Numbered from the stretch's first letter, positions 50,960 through 64,000 are shown. The stretch is DNA of 64,000 nucleotides from Octopus sinensis (GCF_006345805.1 NC_043002.1:74214001-74278000); one strand, 5' to 3'. Made by a program: numbers and translations. The notes: generated by a model not told the origin, from the sequence alone.

Positions 50960-52537
50960 TAACCAGTAGTGTCTGTAAAAGCAGGTCAAAGAGAAGCTCC
51001 TTCAGAGCCTTTACATGAGCTTGGGAGTTGGCAAGAGTTGAATATGTTACCATCAGTATGGAAACAGATGTAGTTGCCCTTATGCAAGTCTTCCTTGGTA
51101 TCTCACAGCATCATGCTGAAGATCATGAAGGGAGGTGGGGCTAGGACACAACCTTGTTTCACACTGTTCTCAATGGGAAAAGGATTTCAACAGGTATTTG
51201 AGCTGTCCCCACTGGCCCTTGGGTAGAAGTTGGAAGACAAAGAGAGACTTGAGCCACTCAGGATTCTCCACAGCCTATACTTACTAACCATATCAAATAT
51301 CTTTGTCAGATCTTTGAAAGCAGCATAAAGGGCCATGTTTTGCTCTCTGAATTTCTCCTGTATCTGGTGGAGGACAAAGACCACAATGATGCTTTGGACA
51401 GACTTCATCAGTTATGGCAGAGATGAGTCTTTCTAGAAGAACATACACCAGCATCTTGTCTGCAAGGGAAAGCAACATGATGCCTTTGCAGTTGGAGAAT
51501 TCTGACTTTTCTCCTTTGGACAGAGATATTTCTGTGGTGTTGTGCAGGTCATGCAGGATTTCCCTTCTCACCCAGCACCATTAAAAGTGGTTAGTGAGCT
51601 TCTGAAGTCAGTTCCCACCATACTTGCATATTTCTCCTGGAAGACCATCTACACCAGGAGCTTCATGATTTCTCAGCTCAGCAATCACTGCCTTTATCTC
51701 ACTGATGGAAGGTGTGTTGTCCAGCTCTGTTTTTGCCTCCTGTTGTGGTATTCTGGTACTGCTTGCACTGAGTGTATGCCTGTCCCCAAAAAGGTTTGCA
51801 AATTGTTTAGTCCAGTGATGCATGATGTCCTTATTCTCTGTCAGTAAAATTGATCCATCAACAGAGTGCAGAGGGGCTTGATTGGTAGGACTGTATACTG
51901 TGTGAAACGCATTATAGAAAGATGTCTGCTTGGTCAGCATAACAATGTGTTCTCTCAGCAAGTGTTTCCCACCAGTTTTTCTGGATATCCTGCAGTTTCC
52001 ACTGGAGGATGCTGCTGGTAGACATGTAGGAAGATTTGGCTAACAAGCTGTTGGGGTTGGCAAGCACTGTTTGGTGACAAGTGCACTTCTAGTAGAGAAG
52101 TTACTGGATCTCGTCATCCTTTTCATCAGACCAGTCCTTGTTCTTTCTCAATGAGGAAACCCACAACATCTGTTTTGTCATCACCAATATTCTGTTTCAG
52201 CAGAAAGCACAGTTCAAGACAACCTGAAGACATGGATGGTCAAAACACTGGCATTCTGCTGGACTACATCTTGTTGTGGCAGGCAGATATGAAGGACATG
52301 CTCCATAAGAGTCATGCTACACAAACCATAGGTTTGATTGTGAAAAAGTCAGATTGTCCATCAAGCATGTCAAAGAGACAACTCCTCTAACAAAGAAACT
52401 AAAGAACAACAAACTTCCACAACAGCAGGAAGAGCTTCAGTCAAGTTTGAACAGTAAGTTTGAACATCAAAGTAGCTGAAACAGACCCACAGAAGTTTTG
52501 GTAAGACCTGAAGATTAAGATATGAGAAACAGCAGCC
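50960..52537 (-). mobile_element. Old RTE-clade LINE with inverted 5' segment (~52174-52537 on plus)
   Basis: Minus: RKNKDW, APGVDGLPGEI, QIQEKFREQN..LYAAFKDLTK, VKQGCVLAP. Plus: VITNILFQQK.QFKTT, SKHWH, LLDYIL (endonuclease end). Confidence 0.85.
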
Positions 52538-55459
52538 AAGGTATACATACATGCACCACACACACACACACACACATACATATATTCATTCATTCATTGT
52601 GAGTGATGCCTTTAGCAGTTTTTATTGTTGAATCACAAAGTCACTGGATTTTGAGCAGGATCAATGTAAAAAACAGGCGTATACATATAAATACATATGC
52701 AAACACACAGATATGATGGGCTTCCATACAGTTTCTACTTACCAATTTTCACTCACAATGCATTGGTCTGTTGGCTATAATAAAAGGTACTTGCTTAAGA
52801 TTGAACCCAACATTATATGGCAGCAAAGCAAACTTCTTAACCACACATCTATGCATGTGTCTATAAATGTTGCTGAGAAAACTGAAAAACTGGTCCTTTA
52901 TGAAGGAAGCTCTTTGAGATATTTGTTTTGCATTGAATTATCGACAATCCTTATGTCACCCTTACCAACAGAAATGCAACGAACTAGTAATAGGCTGGAA
53001 TAACTGGAAATCTGTAACCAATTACACTTTTGTCCACTTAGTGTAGTATAAATATATAAAAAATTCCTCTGAATAGATTTGAATTATAAGAAATCTGATG
53101 ATATTTGCCAGATTTAACATGAGCAATGTTCCTCTAAAGTTGGCCATTGTCATTTTAGATATTTTTATATTAATGCTTTCTCTCTACTGACTCGAAGAAG
53201 TTCTTTGGTTAAAGACTTTGTTACAGACATGTAGCAGGTTCTCCACTGAGTTTCAACAGTATATTGAAAAATTTCTACAATGATTAATTTTCTTTTCTTA
53301 GAAGTTTCCTTCTTTTCATGACGTTAGAATCTTAACTAATCCCAAATTTACAACAGAATTTTTCTGAACTGAATCAATGCAGTGTTTAACATATGACTAC
53401 TATCGTTCTTCCCTGGGTTAGTTTCATGAGAGGCAGAAGATTTGCTAAACTGATTCACAAGCTGTGAAGAATTATGGAAGATTATCATAAAAAAAAAAAA
53501 CTTCTGCGAGTCATATGTGTGTAAGACCTTAAGGGCTTTGACTTTGTAAATTGGCAAATTATATGGGTTACCTTATAACACTACAGGGTACCTGCAAAAG
53601 TTATTAATACCATTTATAGTGACAGTAGTGTTGGATTATTTGTCTTCAGCTAAAACCAGAGAGCATGGCATCATGCTTTAATTCTTTAGCATTCAGATTA
53701 CTCTGTCTTATTTATTCACATTGGTTTGAATTAACCATGTCTTATTTTGTAGCTTCAAGATTTCAATGATGTGATTGTATATTATTAGAATGACATTGTA
53801 GGGTAGGTGTGAGAGATGGGTTGATTTCAACATAAAACATGTAGAATCTGATTTCAACATAAAACATGTAGAATAAATGCTAAAGAATAAACGTAGATTA
53901 AACGCTAAAGAGTTGGTGGTCAGTGGCTCACATTTCTTGATATGGAGTTCAAAGATGATAATATTCTCCTGGATGATAAACCGTCTATTTAGCTCCTAAT
54001 AAACCTTTAATCTGTTACCTTAGACATAGATCTTGAAGCCAATCATGGAAAAATTAAAGTGATGTGCATCAGTTTCAGGACAGATGGAAATTCATTCAGA
54101 TTATCATATGATGATGTAAAAGATTGTGCAAAGCATCAAGTACCCTAGATCCATATATAATTTGAAAGTGATCTGCACATGTTACTGGTTTGACTAAGGT
54201 AACACTACAGTAACTGGATCAACATTCTTTTCTCAAGTTGCAGTTGTACAGTACAATGGTTCTCTCAAAGCTACTGTTTAGCAAACATGGTCGATAATAG
54301 AGTATATGGGGAAGAAAATTAGGCTCTTTGCTGTAACCTGTTACGGAGCTTCTTTGCTTTGGCAAGTGGAAAAACTGTGTCATAAGGACATATGTGTGTA
54401 AAGTGATAATGAGTATGTTGGATTTAACATGTGACAATGGCATCATCAGTAATTTACATTATACTAAACATACCAGCATAATACCATCAGTACAAAAAAA
54501 TACATACCAACATAACTAGTACTAGAAGTACAAACATTACATATCAATGTGGTTAGTTCAAACAGTATAACCATGATTCTGTTAAATACATGTTGAGAAT
54601 CTCACTAAAAATGTGAATGTGCATGTGTGTAGCAGGACGAAGTGCAGGTTGTTGAAGGATTGCTTAATTTGGCAGAATGACGTGACAAAAGTCTTTGATA
54701 AATTTGAGAATTGGGTTTTTACAGTTCTCTAGTTTATTCTGCATGAAAGTGAAGGAGGCAAATGCAGACTGAGATTCCTGAACATATATGGAGGAGTCTA
54801 CTTAATATTGTCTTTAAAAAATCTATTGTTTGTAGTGTGTGTGTGTGTGTGTGTGTAGAACTATCACATCTCTGAAGAACAAAGACCATTATAGAAGTGG
54901 TTGAAAGATGGAGAGAGGAGACTGCATGCCTGTGGGTCAGTGGCTGGAGCATGTCCCTAAGTGACTGAATACCAGTTAGCAAAGTGACCTTTCTCTTGAT
55001 GCATAGCAGCAACACTGTCATGGAAAAGGGAGTACTACACCACTGTGGGCCTCACTTCAGTCTTGTAAACTGTCAGTTATTGTTGGGGACTCAAATATCT
55101 TTTGGCTTTGATGCAGTCCTAGCTGCACTAAGAATGTGCATTTGCCTAATTGATACAAAGCTCAGCACTAGGAGTAACTGTGAGGGCTCTAGCAGAGTGC
55201 TGCTCATGTTTAGCAAGGGTGTGGAATAGTGGTGTTCTCTTTTATGAGTGGTGCTTGAGTCAGATAAATATCTTCCTCTTTTAGAATCTTACCTATAAAA
55301 ATATGAAAATTTTGTAATTGTTATTTACTTTTAATGCTTGGTATTATACAGAATGTCAAAACAGTAACTCTTTTCTGGCTTCTGTAAATTACTGCAACGT
55401 TTAAAACATGTTCCAATTTCTAAAGAGGGTTTTAGAAGAATACAAGCATTGAGAAAACA

Positions 55460-56735
55460 CACTCAAATGTAACAGTGTATTTATTATTTCAGTCAAATAT
55501 AAAATGGACGGAGGTTTTTTTAAAGGCTCAATAGAAAATCTCACAAGGAATATATATAACAAAGCACATAAGACTTTGGTATCTATTTCTTAAGATTTCC
55601 ATTGTAATCAATCTAACAACCAAGATTAAAAGATTAAGGCATTGCCACAGAGTAGAAGACTAATATAAAGACACAATTAAAGAGACACACACACACAACA
55701 TGCATACACTTATATACAAACAACATTCACACATGCATACATAAAACAAACACTTAAGATATATGATTTAGACAATAGATTAAATATGTCCTTGTAGAAT
55801 GCAACTTGGACTGTGTGGCTCTGTCCATCAATACCATATGGAAGCTATGAGTAACTGCAGTCAACAAATATTAGAACCGGAAGTTGAAGAATGTATTCAA
55901 TGTTTTTAATTTTTGTAAATTTTTTTTCCAAATTTTTATTATTTTTTTTTTCAATAGATTTTCAAAACATGAAAACTGAAAACCTACCACATGGCTAAAT
56001 TATCTTCTTAGAAATCTGATGCTTTGTTGTAATGAGCTGAAGGAAGATGTAGTTGACAACAATTGGGTAGAAAGTTCATTGTGTTAGAATTTAAAGGTAA
56101 TAATGGAGAATACACTTTATTGAAGTTCATATCTATGACAGCAAATGGAAAAACAAACTCCGCCCATTGTTAAGATATCAGTCGATCCTCTACAGCAACT
56201 TCAGGAGACCAAAATCATTAATGGTTCATTAAGTCCTAGTTACCAAGTGATTGTTCACATAAGAAAAAGAAAAAAATGGGTGGGAGGGACTAAATTAAAA
56301 TAAAATATAGCATCTTAAAATTTTTCAACATTGACCAGTGGTACAATATTTTTATCTCATTTTATATATTTTGTTATTTTTGTGTTGCTCTGTTTTATCT
56401 CTTTTTTTCTTTTCTTTTTTTTGTTGTAAAATAAAACAAAACAAAACAAACAAACAAACTACCAAACCAAGCCAAAATGCTGCTTTTTAGGTTACTGCAG
56501 GATGTATGAATCTGAGAGGAGATTGGAAAGGCAAACAAAAAGTAGTAATATATCACCAAGAAATTATTAAGATTAGAAAGATATGTTTAGAAGGTGTTTA
56601 ATGTTAGTAGAAGTATCGTAGAATTAGAAACCAAATAACTTTTTGGTGTTTAAATTTTACTGATCTTTTTGTGAACCATTTTCCAAGATGATGTTGTTAT
56701 ATGTCACACTCAGTTACCATTCTTTTTTGTCTGGT
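55460..56735 (-). other. Probable ~1.3-kb FoxJ1 3' UTR
   Basis: AT-rich stretch without recognisable transposons downstream of the stop; minus-strand AATAAA at 55480-55485; the end point is inferred. Confidence 0.4.
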
Positions 56736-57545
56736 TTACATTATTGTATCAATATCAAAAGTTGCTGTCATATCGTCAGAATGGGTTCGAGATTCTGCCC
56801 AAGGGTGGGGATTCTCAGGTAAAGGTGAACTTGATTCAGGTGTGTTCAGTCCATCAGCACTGTCACATATAGTGAATATAGTGCTGTTAAGAAAGTCTCG
56901 AGTCTCAGCACTAAGATTGAAGCTGTTGCTACACATGTCATTCCCAGCCCACCAATGTTTGATACCAGTACCTTTTACAGTTAAATCGAGGGGGTTATTA
57001 GTTAGAGAACCATCCAGTGAATGCCCCCGACCATTCATGGAAGAATTTACAGGCTTGTTTAATATATTGCTACAGAAAAAATTGTCCATGCTGATATCGT
57101 CAGCGTTGGATCCATCAGAATCTGGAGGACTAAGCGCCATCAAAGAACCATAATCTACTTCGTCAATAATTGCTTCTGTTTTCACTTTCACATCGCCAAC
57201 CGTGATGTCTTGGTCAAACAGGAAGTTCAGGTTAAAGTCATTACTCACTTCATCAGTGGGAGGCAGGTGAATGACATTTGACAGCATTTCTGCAGCTTTG
57301 TTGCCTTCCCAATCAGGTCCTGATTGGGAATTCAAACTGTCTGATTGACAGCTAATGTCTGACCGACTTCGCTTCAAGGGTGTGTAGTTAAGATCATTGT
57401 GCTTTCTTTTCTTCAATATACCATTTTCTATCTGGTCAATATATTCAGGATTCACCTTCCAGAAACCTCCTTTACCAGGTTCATCTTTTCTCCGAGGAAC
57501 TTTTTGGAAACATTTATTCAAAGACAAATTGTGACGTATAGAATT
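56736..57545 (-). CDS. FOXJ1: Forkhead box protein J1, last coding exon (C-terminal half of the forkhead domain plus tail)
   Basis: tttacag|AAT TCT ATA CGT; [29 protein letters not shown] is the FoxJ1-type signature; phase-0 acceptor inside the forkhead domain; 810 nt to TAA; upstream exon not found in 57546-64000. Confidence 0.9.
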   Translation of the reverse strand, partial: NSIRHNLSLNKCFQKVPRRKDEPGKGGFWKVNPEYIDQIENGILKKRKHNDLNYTPLKRSRSDISCQSDSLNSQSGPDWEGNKAAEMLSNVIHLPPTDEVSNDFNLNFLFDQDITVGDVKVKTEAIIDEVDYGSLMALSPPDSDGSNADDISMDNFFCSNILNKPVNSSMNGRGHSLDGSLTNNPLDLTVKGTGIKHWWAGNDMCSNSFNLSAETRDFLNSTIFTICDSADGLNTPESSSPLPENPHPWAESRTHSDDMTATFDIDTIM

Positions 57546-58851
57546 CTGTAAAGAAAAAAGAAATGAGAGAAAAAAAAGCATTAGAAAAATTTGATATCTG
57601 AAAAATATACATAACCATTTAACATATAATAATTCAGTTACCCAGTTGGGCTATAACAGAGATATTGAGGTAAAGTATTCAATCAAACCACCTGACAGTC
57701 TTTGGGCATAGCACTGATGTCCTCATGTGGAGGATGTAAGTACTAGGTTGGTTCCCTTCTCTGCTGGTTCAGCCTGATTGAATTTTAGCAGCTGATTTCC
57801 TCTTCAGGATCACTGAAGTACTTTCGCCATCACCACAGTAATAGCATAGGAATGATTCAGAGAAGAGATGTAAGACATCTTACATTTTGTAGCTGTAGTC
57901 TACTAATCCAACAATGTGACCGAATTGGAGACAATGCTTAACAGAGACATTCAAGTAATGAAGAACTTCAGTGACTGGCATCTGAAAATGAACACCACAA
58001 AATCTAACAAATACAGCACAGTAATAAATTACTCCACTCAGAGAAATACCCTAAGTATCTCAGAGTAGTATTCAATAAACCCCTAATATTTATACAGAAT
58101 GGAGAAAACAATGTACAAACATTAAAATGAAAAAATTTGCTGATCAGGAGTTAACTAGAACACACTGACGAGTGTCTCAAAATTGCACCAAGGACATCCA
58201 CACCAATAATGGAAATGGATTTTTAGGGACTTGGGGTTCACCAAGGTCTTTGAGGCCGAGGTTTAGTTCAGTTCTGGAGAGGGAGCATGTGAAAACACTA
58301 CAACACTCAAGGAAGGCAGCAGGTGTGCAAATTACCCACTCTTGGCACGGGGAGGTAGTGATGAAAAATAATGACACAGGACTTTATCGAGACCCTGCAA
58401 CTGGAATGAATACAGGGAGCTGAAAAGTAAGGGAATGTCATACCCATGAGTACTACCCTATTTTCATCATTAACCTACACTGACCTTATGCTATAAAAAA
58501 TAGCTGAAATCTGTACCCCATATAAATAAAAATAATACCAAGCTAAATGAAGTGTCTATTATATTTGATGCCATTAAATCTATTCCTTTGATCTATCTAC
58601 CAATGATTGCTCTATTTTACTGCTACTGAGAGGAGACTACTCAAAAGCAGTACCATGATATCAGGAACACAAATAGAAACTCAATGGCTGTGGTTTGTCC
58701 CTGCCACCACTTGACAACTGGTATTGGTTTGTTTATATCTCCATAACATAATTTTGGCAAAAGAGACTGATAGAATAAGTAATGCCATTATAGTGCTGGC
58801 TGCCTTCCGTGCCATGTTGCCCTTAAAGAAATCATAAAGGGTGGCCTAGAT

Positions 58852-59101
58852 CATGCAAATGCAACCTGTGGCCTGCAGGCTGCTTGCGGCCCTCAACATG
58901 CTGTTGTGTGGCCCTCGACAAGTTACTAATTTCATACCAAGACAAATAAAATTTCATACTAAGACGAATAAACTTTCATAATAAGACAAATGAAATTAAG
59001 AACTGTAAAAAATCCAGTGCATGTGTTTTATCATGTGGCCCTCTCCCACTTGGAAATGATACAATGCAGGACCCCAGTTGATGAAAAGTTGCCCATCCCT
59101 G
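58852..59101. mobile_element. hAT (Charlie-type) MITE with three ~21-bp internal repeats
   Basis: Right TIR GTTGCCCATCCCTG, decayed left TIR, TSD GCCTAGAT (58844-58851 / 59102-59109); internal TTTCATAnnAAGACAAAT x3. Confidence 0.75.
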
Positions 59102-60869
59102 GCCTAGATGCTACAGACTTCTCTTTCCAACTTGAGCCAGCAAGGCTAGAGCAAGGGGACAGTAGAAAGCCTGACGATATGACTATTTTCTTATTCCATG
59201 GCAGTTGCCCCCATCCCCCCATCTGGGATGCCATATGCAATAGCAACTTGGTGTGTTGAACTACCAGCCCAGGCTCTGCTGCTCATCAGGATGAGAAAAA
59301 GCAAATTGTCAAAATATCGGTCACTCTCTGACAGGTCTAGGTTGAACCTGTGGCAGTGTGTGTGTATAACAGGCTTCCACACAATTTCCATTGACTAAAT
59401 TCACTTGCAAGGCATTGGTCAGCACATGGCTATAGTAGAAGACACTTGCCCAAGATGCCATGCAAGGTAAAATATCATGACATTTGGAACTGAAATGATA
59501 ATACAATATCATATGAGATATTTATCAATAATGTTATCAATACAATATTATTGCATAAAATGGTCAAGAAGCGAATTAAATTCATGTTGTTACAATCAAT
59601 AAAAGTGGAGTTCTTGTTGATTGTATCATTCACCAACACACTCTGGCCTCTGTCTCCTCGTTCTAATTTTTCTACCACTGCTATAGTGGCCCCTGCCCTT
59701 CAAAATGAGTTGACTTTATGCAACCTTCACTCAACTCAAATATCTCTCCTCTCCTCCCAACACCCATATTACAACCACTTCCACCCCTAAAAACCCACAC
59801 TAACTGCTAGGTCCAGTCTGTCCTCTTTGGAAAGTCAATCCTCTCACTTCTCTCTTTGTCCATGTTTTCCATGCAGCTGTTGACTCACAACTGTTCAAGA
59901 GAAACATTAATCACATAGATTTCATGGGTCTTGAGGGACCTTTAAAAACCAAGGGCACAGCCTCTTTCTCCTGATCAGACCATGAAAAAACAAACAGAAA
60001 AAAATGAAAGAGGAAAGGAGATGAAATAAATTTGCAATTCATCTTTCGAAGGTTTAAAAGAAAAGTACCCGCAGCAGCATTTCATGTAGCTTTGGGACCT
60101 ATTAACCTTTTTTGATAACACATTTCTTTTAAAATACACTCCCTTTGTTTCAATTCTCTTTGAAAATAATGAAGAGTTTAGTTAAAATAGCTTTTGTCAT
60201 TATTAAGTTGGGGTAAAATGGCAAAATCGTTATCATGTTAAGTGAAATGTTTAGCAGCATTTGTCCCTCATCACGTTCTGCGTTCAAATTCCACTAAGGT
60301 CGACTTTGGCTTTCATCCTTCTGGGGTTGATAAAATAAGTACCTGTCATGTACTGGAGAGGGGTTTCAATGTAATCGACTCCCCTCCCCAAAATTTCAGG
60401 CCTTGTGCCTTTTGCAGAAGGGATTATTAAGTTGGGGGTGTATGGAACATAAATTAACACCAAAAAAAAAATGTTCTTTTTTTTTTTTATAGAAAGTTTT
60501 AATTTAGCCCACTTTAAATCAGGAACTAGGGTCAGTCTCAGGTAGGTTGATATCAAAAGGGAGTAAAAGCTACACAAAAACACAAAAAAGTCACATTTTT
60601 TAATAAATTGCCTTAGACATAAAAATCACTTTCGTAACCATAGGTCTATTTAACCAGTGCAGCTGAGCAGTCTGCTTCATTGACAAGGAGTAGAAAAACA
60701 AGAACAGAAATATAACCAACACCACCACCACCACCACCATTACCACCACCACTAACAACATTTATATGAAATGTAAATGTGTTTTATCTTTAGAATCATT
60801 CAGGTACAACTACAGTTTATCTTGCCAATTATCTAAGAAGGACTGGTCAAAATATGTTCTGCCTGACTG

Positions 60870-61135
60870 CTTTGATGGATGGTTGGATAGCAGGATAGCT
60901 TGATGATTACACTGCTGGCTGGATGGCTGACTGGTTGGCTGGCTGGCTGACTGGATGGCTGGATGGATGGTTGAGTGGATGGTTAGGTGACAGAGTGTTT
61001 ACTGATTGCATGATTATGTAGGCTGATTGTTATTTGATGATTGAATGGGTAAACGGTTGGCTGGTTAACTGGCTGGTTGGCTGGCTGAGTAGCTGGTTGG
61101 TTGGATAACTAAATGAATGGCTGATTGCCCAGCTG
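60870..61135. repeat. Degenerate (TGGC/TGGA/TGGT)n tetranucleotide tract
   Basis: Direct reading. Confidence 0.85.
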
Positions 61136-61273
61136 ATCAAAACATTGGGTGTCTGCAATAATTCCATGGATGTATAGGTAGATGAGAGGATGGATACAAG
61201 ACTGGATGCAAACTTCAAAGTCCAATATATAATCACCAACATAATACATGTGATATACTACAATATATAAATA

Positions 61274-62492
61274 TTGGGTTATCCCATAAATAATGTAGGT
61301 TTTTTTATATTTCTTTTATTTTTCAAAATTAAGATAAATAAAGTTCTTTTTTAATCCTTCATTTTCGACAATGCTCATCCATCTATCTGGTAGACTTGAA
61401 AGGGCCCCTCTTCCAAAATTCCCTTGTCTGTGATGAAAAATACACTTCCAGTACTGTTCTGACCTCATCTACAGAATTCATATTTTTTCTGTCCTATGAT
61501 ATTGAAGACTGCAGAATAAATTATAATCAGAGGGGGCAATGTCTGGCGAATATGGTGGGTGGGGCATCATTTCTTATTCAAACTGCTCCAGCCTTTGGAA
61601 TGTCATCCTCATTGTATGTGGCTGAGCATTATCCTGATGAAAGAACACCTTTTGTCTTGGAACCAAAAATGGTCATTTTCCTTCTAGCGCTGACTTAAGC
61701 TGCTCACAGTAGATCTCCTTTGTTATTGTTTGGTTTGGGTTTAAAAGTTCAAAGTGGACTAAACCTTTCATATCCCAACAAACAGATAACAATACCTTAT
61801 GTGGTTGAAGACCTTCTTTAGCCTAGGGTGCCAGTGTTTCTCCTTTCCCTACTCACTGTTTTTGGTGTTTGACATTTTTATAGAGAACCCATTTCTCATC
61901 ACCAGTCACTATTTGGTCACAAAAAAGGGTCTATTTTTGAAGCGTGACAGCAAAGAAGCGCATACATTCATTCTCTGTGCGTGATTAAACTCAGAATGTT
62001 TGTGAGGAACCCATTGACCCAATTTGCTAACTTTTCTGATGGCATGCAGGTGTCAATGAATGGTTGAATGACCAAATCGAAGCATCTTTACTAGTTCCTC
62101 AACAGATACAATGAGATTTTGTTTCACCAGGGTTTGCAGGATGTCCTCATTGAGCTCTACAGATCTTCCAGGACAAGGTTCGTCTTCTAGGCTGTAGATT
62201 CCGACTCGGAATTTCTGGAACCACCATTGACACTGGTTTACACTTATTGTCTGATCCCCATATACTGCATTAATATTCCTCGTATTTTCTGTTGCATTGT
62301 TGCTTTTATTGAACTCATAAAGCAAAACATGCCGAATATGCTCCTTTGTCACTTCTATTATAGCTTTGAAAAGAAAAAAACTATTAAAATCGAACTGCAC
62401 TCTTCAAAACTTGCACTAAGAATAAGTACAAGGTAAAATTACTACCTGCTTTTATAGCAAGTTGATGCAAATAGTATTATTTATGGAATAAC

Positions 62493-62496
<4 letters not shown>
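61274..62496 (-). mobile_element. Near full-length defective mariner transposon
   Basis: TA TSDs; TIRs TTGGGTTATCCCATAAATAAT / ATTATTTATGGAATAACCCAA; N-terminal HTH EHIRHVLLYEFNK...WFQKFRVG..SLEDEP.PGR; downstream frame disrupted. Confidence 0.92.
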
Positions 62497-62546
<50 letters not shown>

Positions 62547-62729
62547 ATATAGTATATCCAGACATGTTTTTCCTCTCTCTATTGTTTTCTTTCCTTATTC
62601 TTTTCTGTACAAGGGCATAGGCTTAAAAATTAAAGACTTTTCTATTTTTCCTGAGTGTCAAACTAATACACCTTGTTTGTTGTTCCCTCATGAGTCTGTC
62701 TTGTTTTTTGCTTCTTGTACAACTTTCAG

Positions 62730-62870
62730 CCATGCATGCATGCATGCATGCATGCATGCATGCATGCATGCATGTATGTATGTATGTATGTATGTATGTA
62801 TGTATGTATGTATGTATGTATGTATGTATGTATGTATGTATGTATGTATGTATGTATGTATGTATGTATG
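62730..62870. repeat. (CATG)n-(TATG)n compound microsatellite
   Basis: Direct reading. Confidence 0.97.
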
Positions 62871-64000
62871 TGTTGTGTATAAATGTATGTATGCCATAAC
62901 CAAAAATATACTATTCAACAATATAAAAGTGTGTGTGTGTCTGTGTATATTTCATCATCATCATCATCGTTTAATGTCCGCTTTCCATGTTAGCATGGGT
63001 CGGATGATTTGACTGAGGACTGGCGAACCAGATGGCTGCACCAGGCTCCAATATATATATATATATATATTAAAGAAAACAAAAAATAAAACAAAAATGA
63101 TAAAAGCAAAAGGCTAAATATGTGTGCAAAGGTATTCAATATGTTGGTTCAATATTTTGGTTCAGTGTTCAGTATGTTAGCCACAGGAATTTCTGTCAAA
63201 GAGATATGGTTAAACAAAGTTGTCCATCATCTCCCTCTTTCTCTCTCTCTTATTATTATTTCCACTGCCACTAGCAACACAACTTACTTTTATTAAAACA
63301 TCACCAACTCTCCCCTCTTTCTCTCCCTCTCTTTCTTTCTCTTTCTAACTCTCCTCACTCTCTTCGCCACTGCCCTCACCGTCTCTATGCCCAGCACGAG
63401 GAATAGTAGAAATGTCATTGAATAGTGAGAGAAGAGGATGCCAAAGTGTGACACACTGACACACAGAAATATATATAATATATCATAATGTTCTAATACT
63501 GGCACTGTCGGTTATGATGACAAGGGTTCCAGTCAATCTGATCAACAGAACAGTCTACTTGTGAAATTAACATGCAAATAGCTGAGCACTCCACAGATAC
63601 ACATACCCTTAATGTAGTTCTCAGGGAGACTCAGCATGACACAGAATGTGACAAGGCTGGCCCTTTGAAATACAGATACAATTCATTTTTGACAGCTAGG
63701 TGGACTGGAGCAATGTGAAATAAAGAGTTTTATTCAAGAACACAATGCCCCACCAGAAACTGAACTCACAACCTTACTATTGTGAGCTGAATACTCTAAC
63801 AACTGAACCATAGTACCAGTATAATATCTGAAGCATACACTCATATATATATACACATGATTATCACTGTAGTATTTATAACTGTAGGATGTTGTAGCAA
63901 ATACAAAGTATATAATACTGGCATGTTCTCTGTATTATATAATGCATCCTACAACTATATTAAGGAGGCATTGATTGGTTTGTTAAGATTTGTTGCTTAT

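Noticed and set aside
56701-57153. 150-aa plus-strand ORF antisense to FoxJ1 (also 44603-44986 antisense to WBP11)
   Set aside because: Shadow ORFs of real coding exons, with no independent splice or homology evidence.
62595-62640. Penelope/retrozyme-type minimal hammerhead ribozyme
   Set aside because: The layout is reminiscent, but the catalytic CUGANGA and GAAA boxes are not intact here (ctgtacaagggcataggcttaaaaatt); the repeat at about 37140-37310 also lacks a complete core.
63262-63280. RFX X-box in the FoxJ1 intron (ACTGCCACTAGCAAC)
   Set aside because: Only one good half-site, which is expected by chance; unsupported without conservation data.
57546-64000. Upstream FoxJ1 exon encoding the first half of the forkhead domain
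   Set aside because: No KPPYSY...WQ-type reading frame with a donor was found in the ORF track or by eye; it presumably lies beyond the window.

Overview
AT-rich, repeat-dense animal genomic DNA. The SINE and microsatellite landscape suggests an octopod cephalopod, which is my inference and not proven. Three intron-containing genes can be reconstructed with GT-AG boundaries and consistent reading-frame phases. (1) EXOC7/Exo70 on the minus strand: 12 coding exons, 405 codons, from ATG 25382 down to 869, continuing off the left edge. (2) WBP11/SIPP1/NpwBP on the plus strand: complete, 14 coding exons, 638 aa, 25833-45620, head-to-head with EXOC7 (450 bp between the ATGs). (3) The last coding exon of FoxJ1 on the minus strand, 57545-56736; I found no upstream exon in the window. 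The rest is transposon debris: CR1-like and RTE LINE fragments, several SINE families, mariner, hAT, piggyBac-like and Merlin-like elements, and microsatellites. The most notable observations are the FOXJ1-EXOC7 linkage and orientation matching human 17q25, two independent RTE copies with twin-priming-type 5' inversions, a LINE whose 5' junction carries a perfect 68-bp inverted copy of nearby DNA, and several templated or nested rearrangements. I see no clearly new protein-coding system; most short ORFs in the track are spurious.
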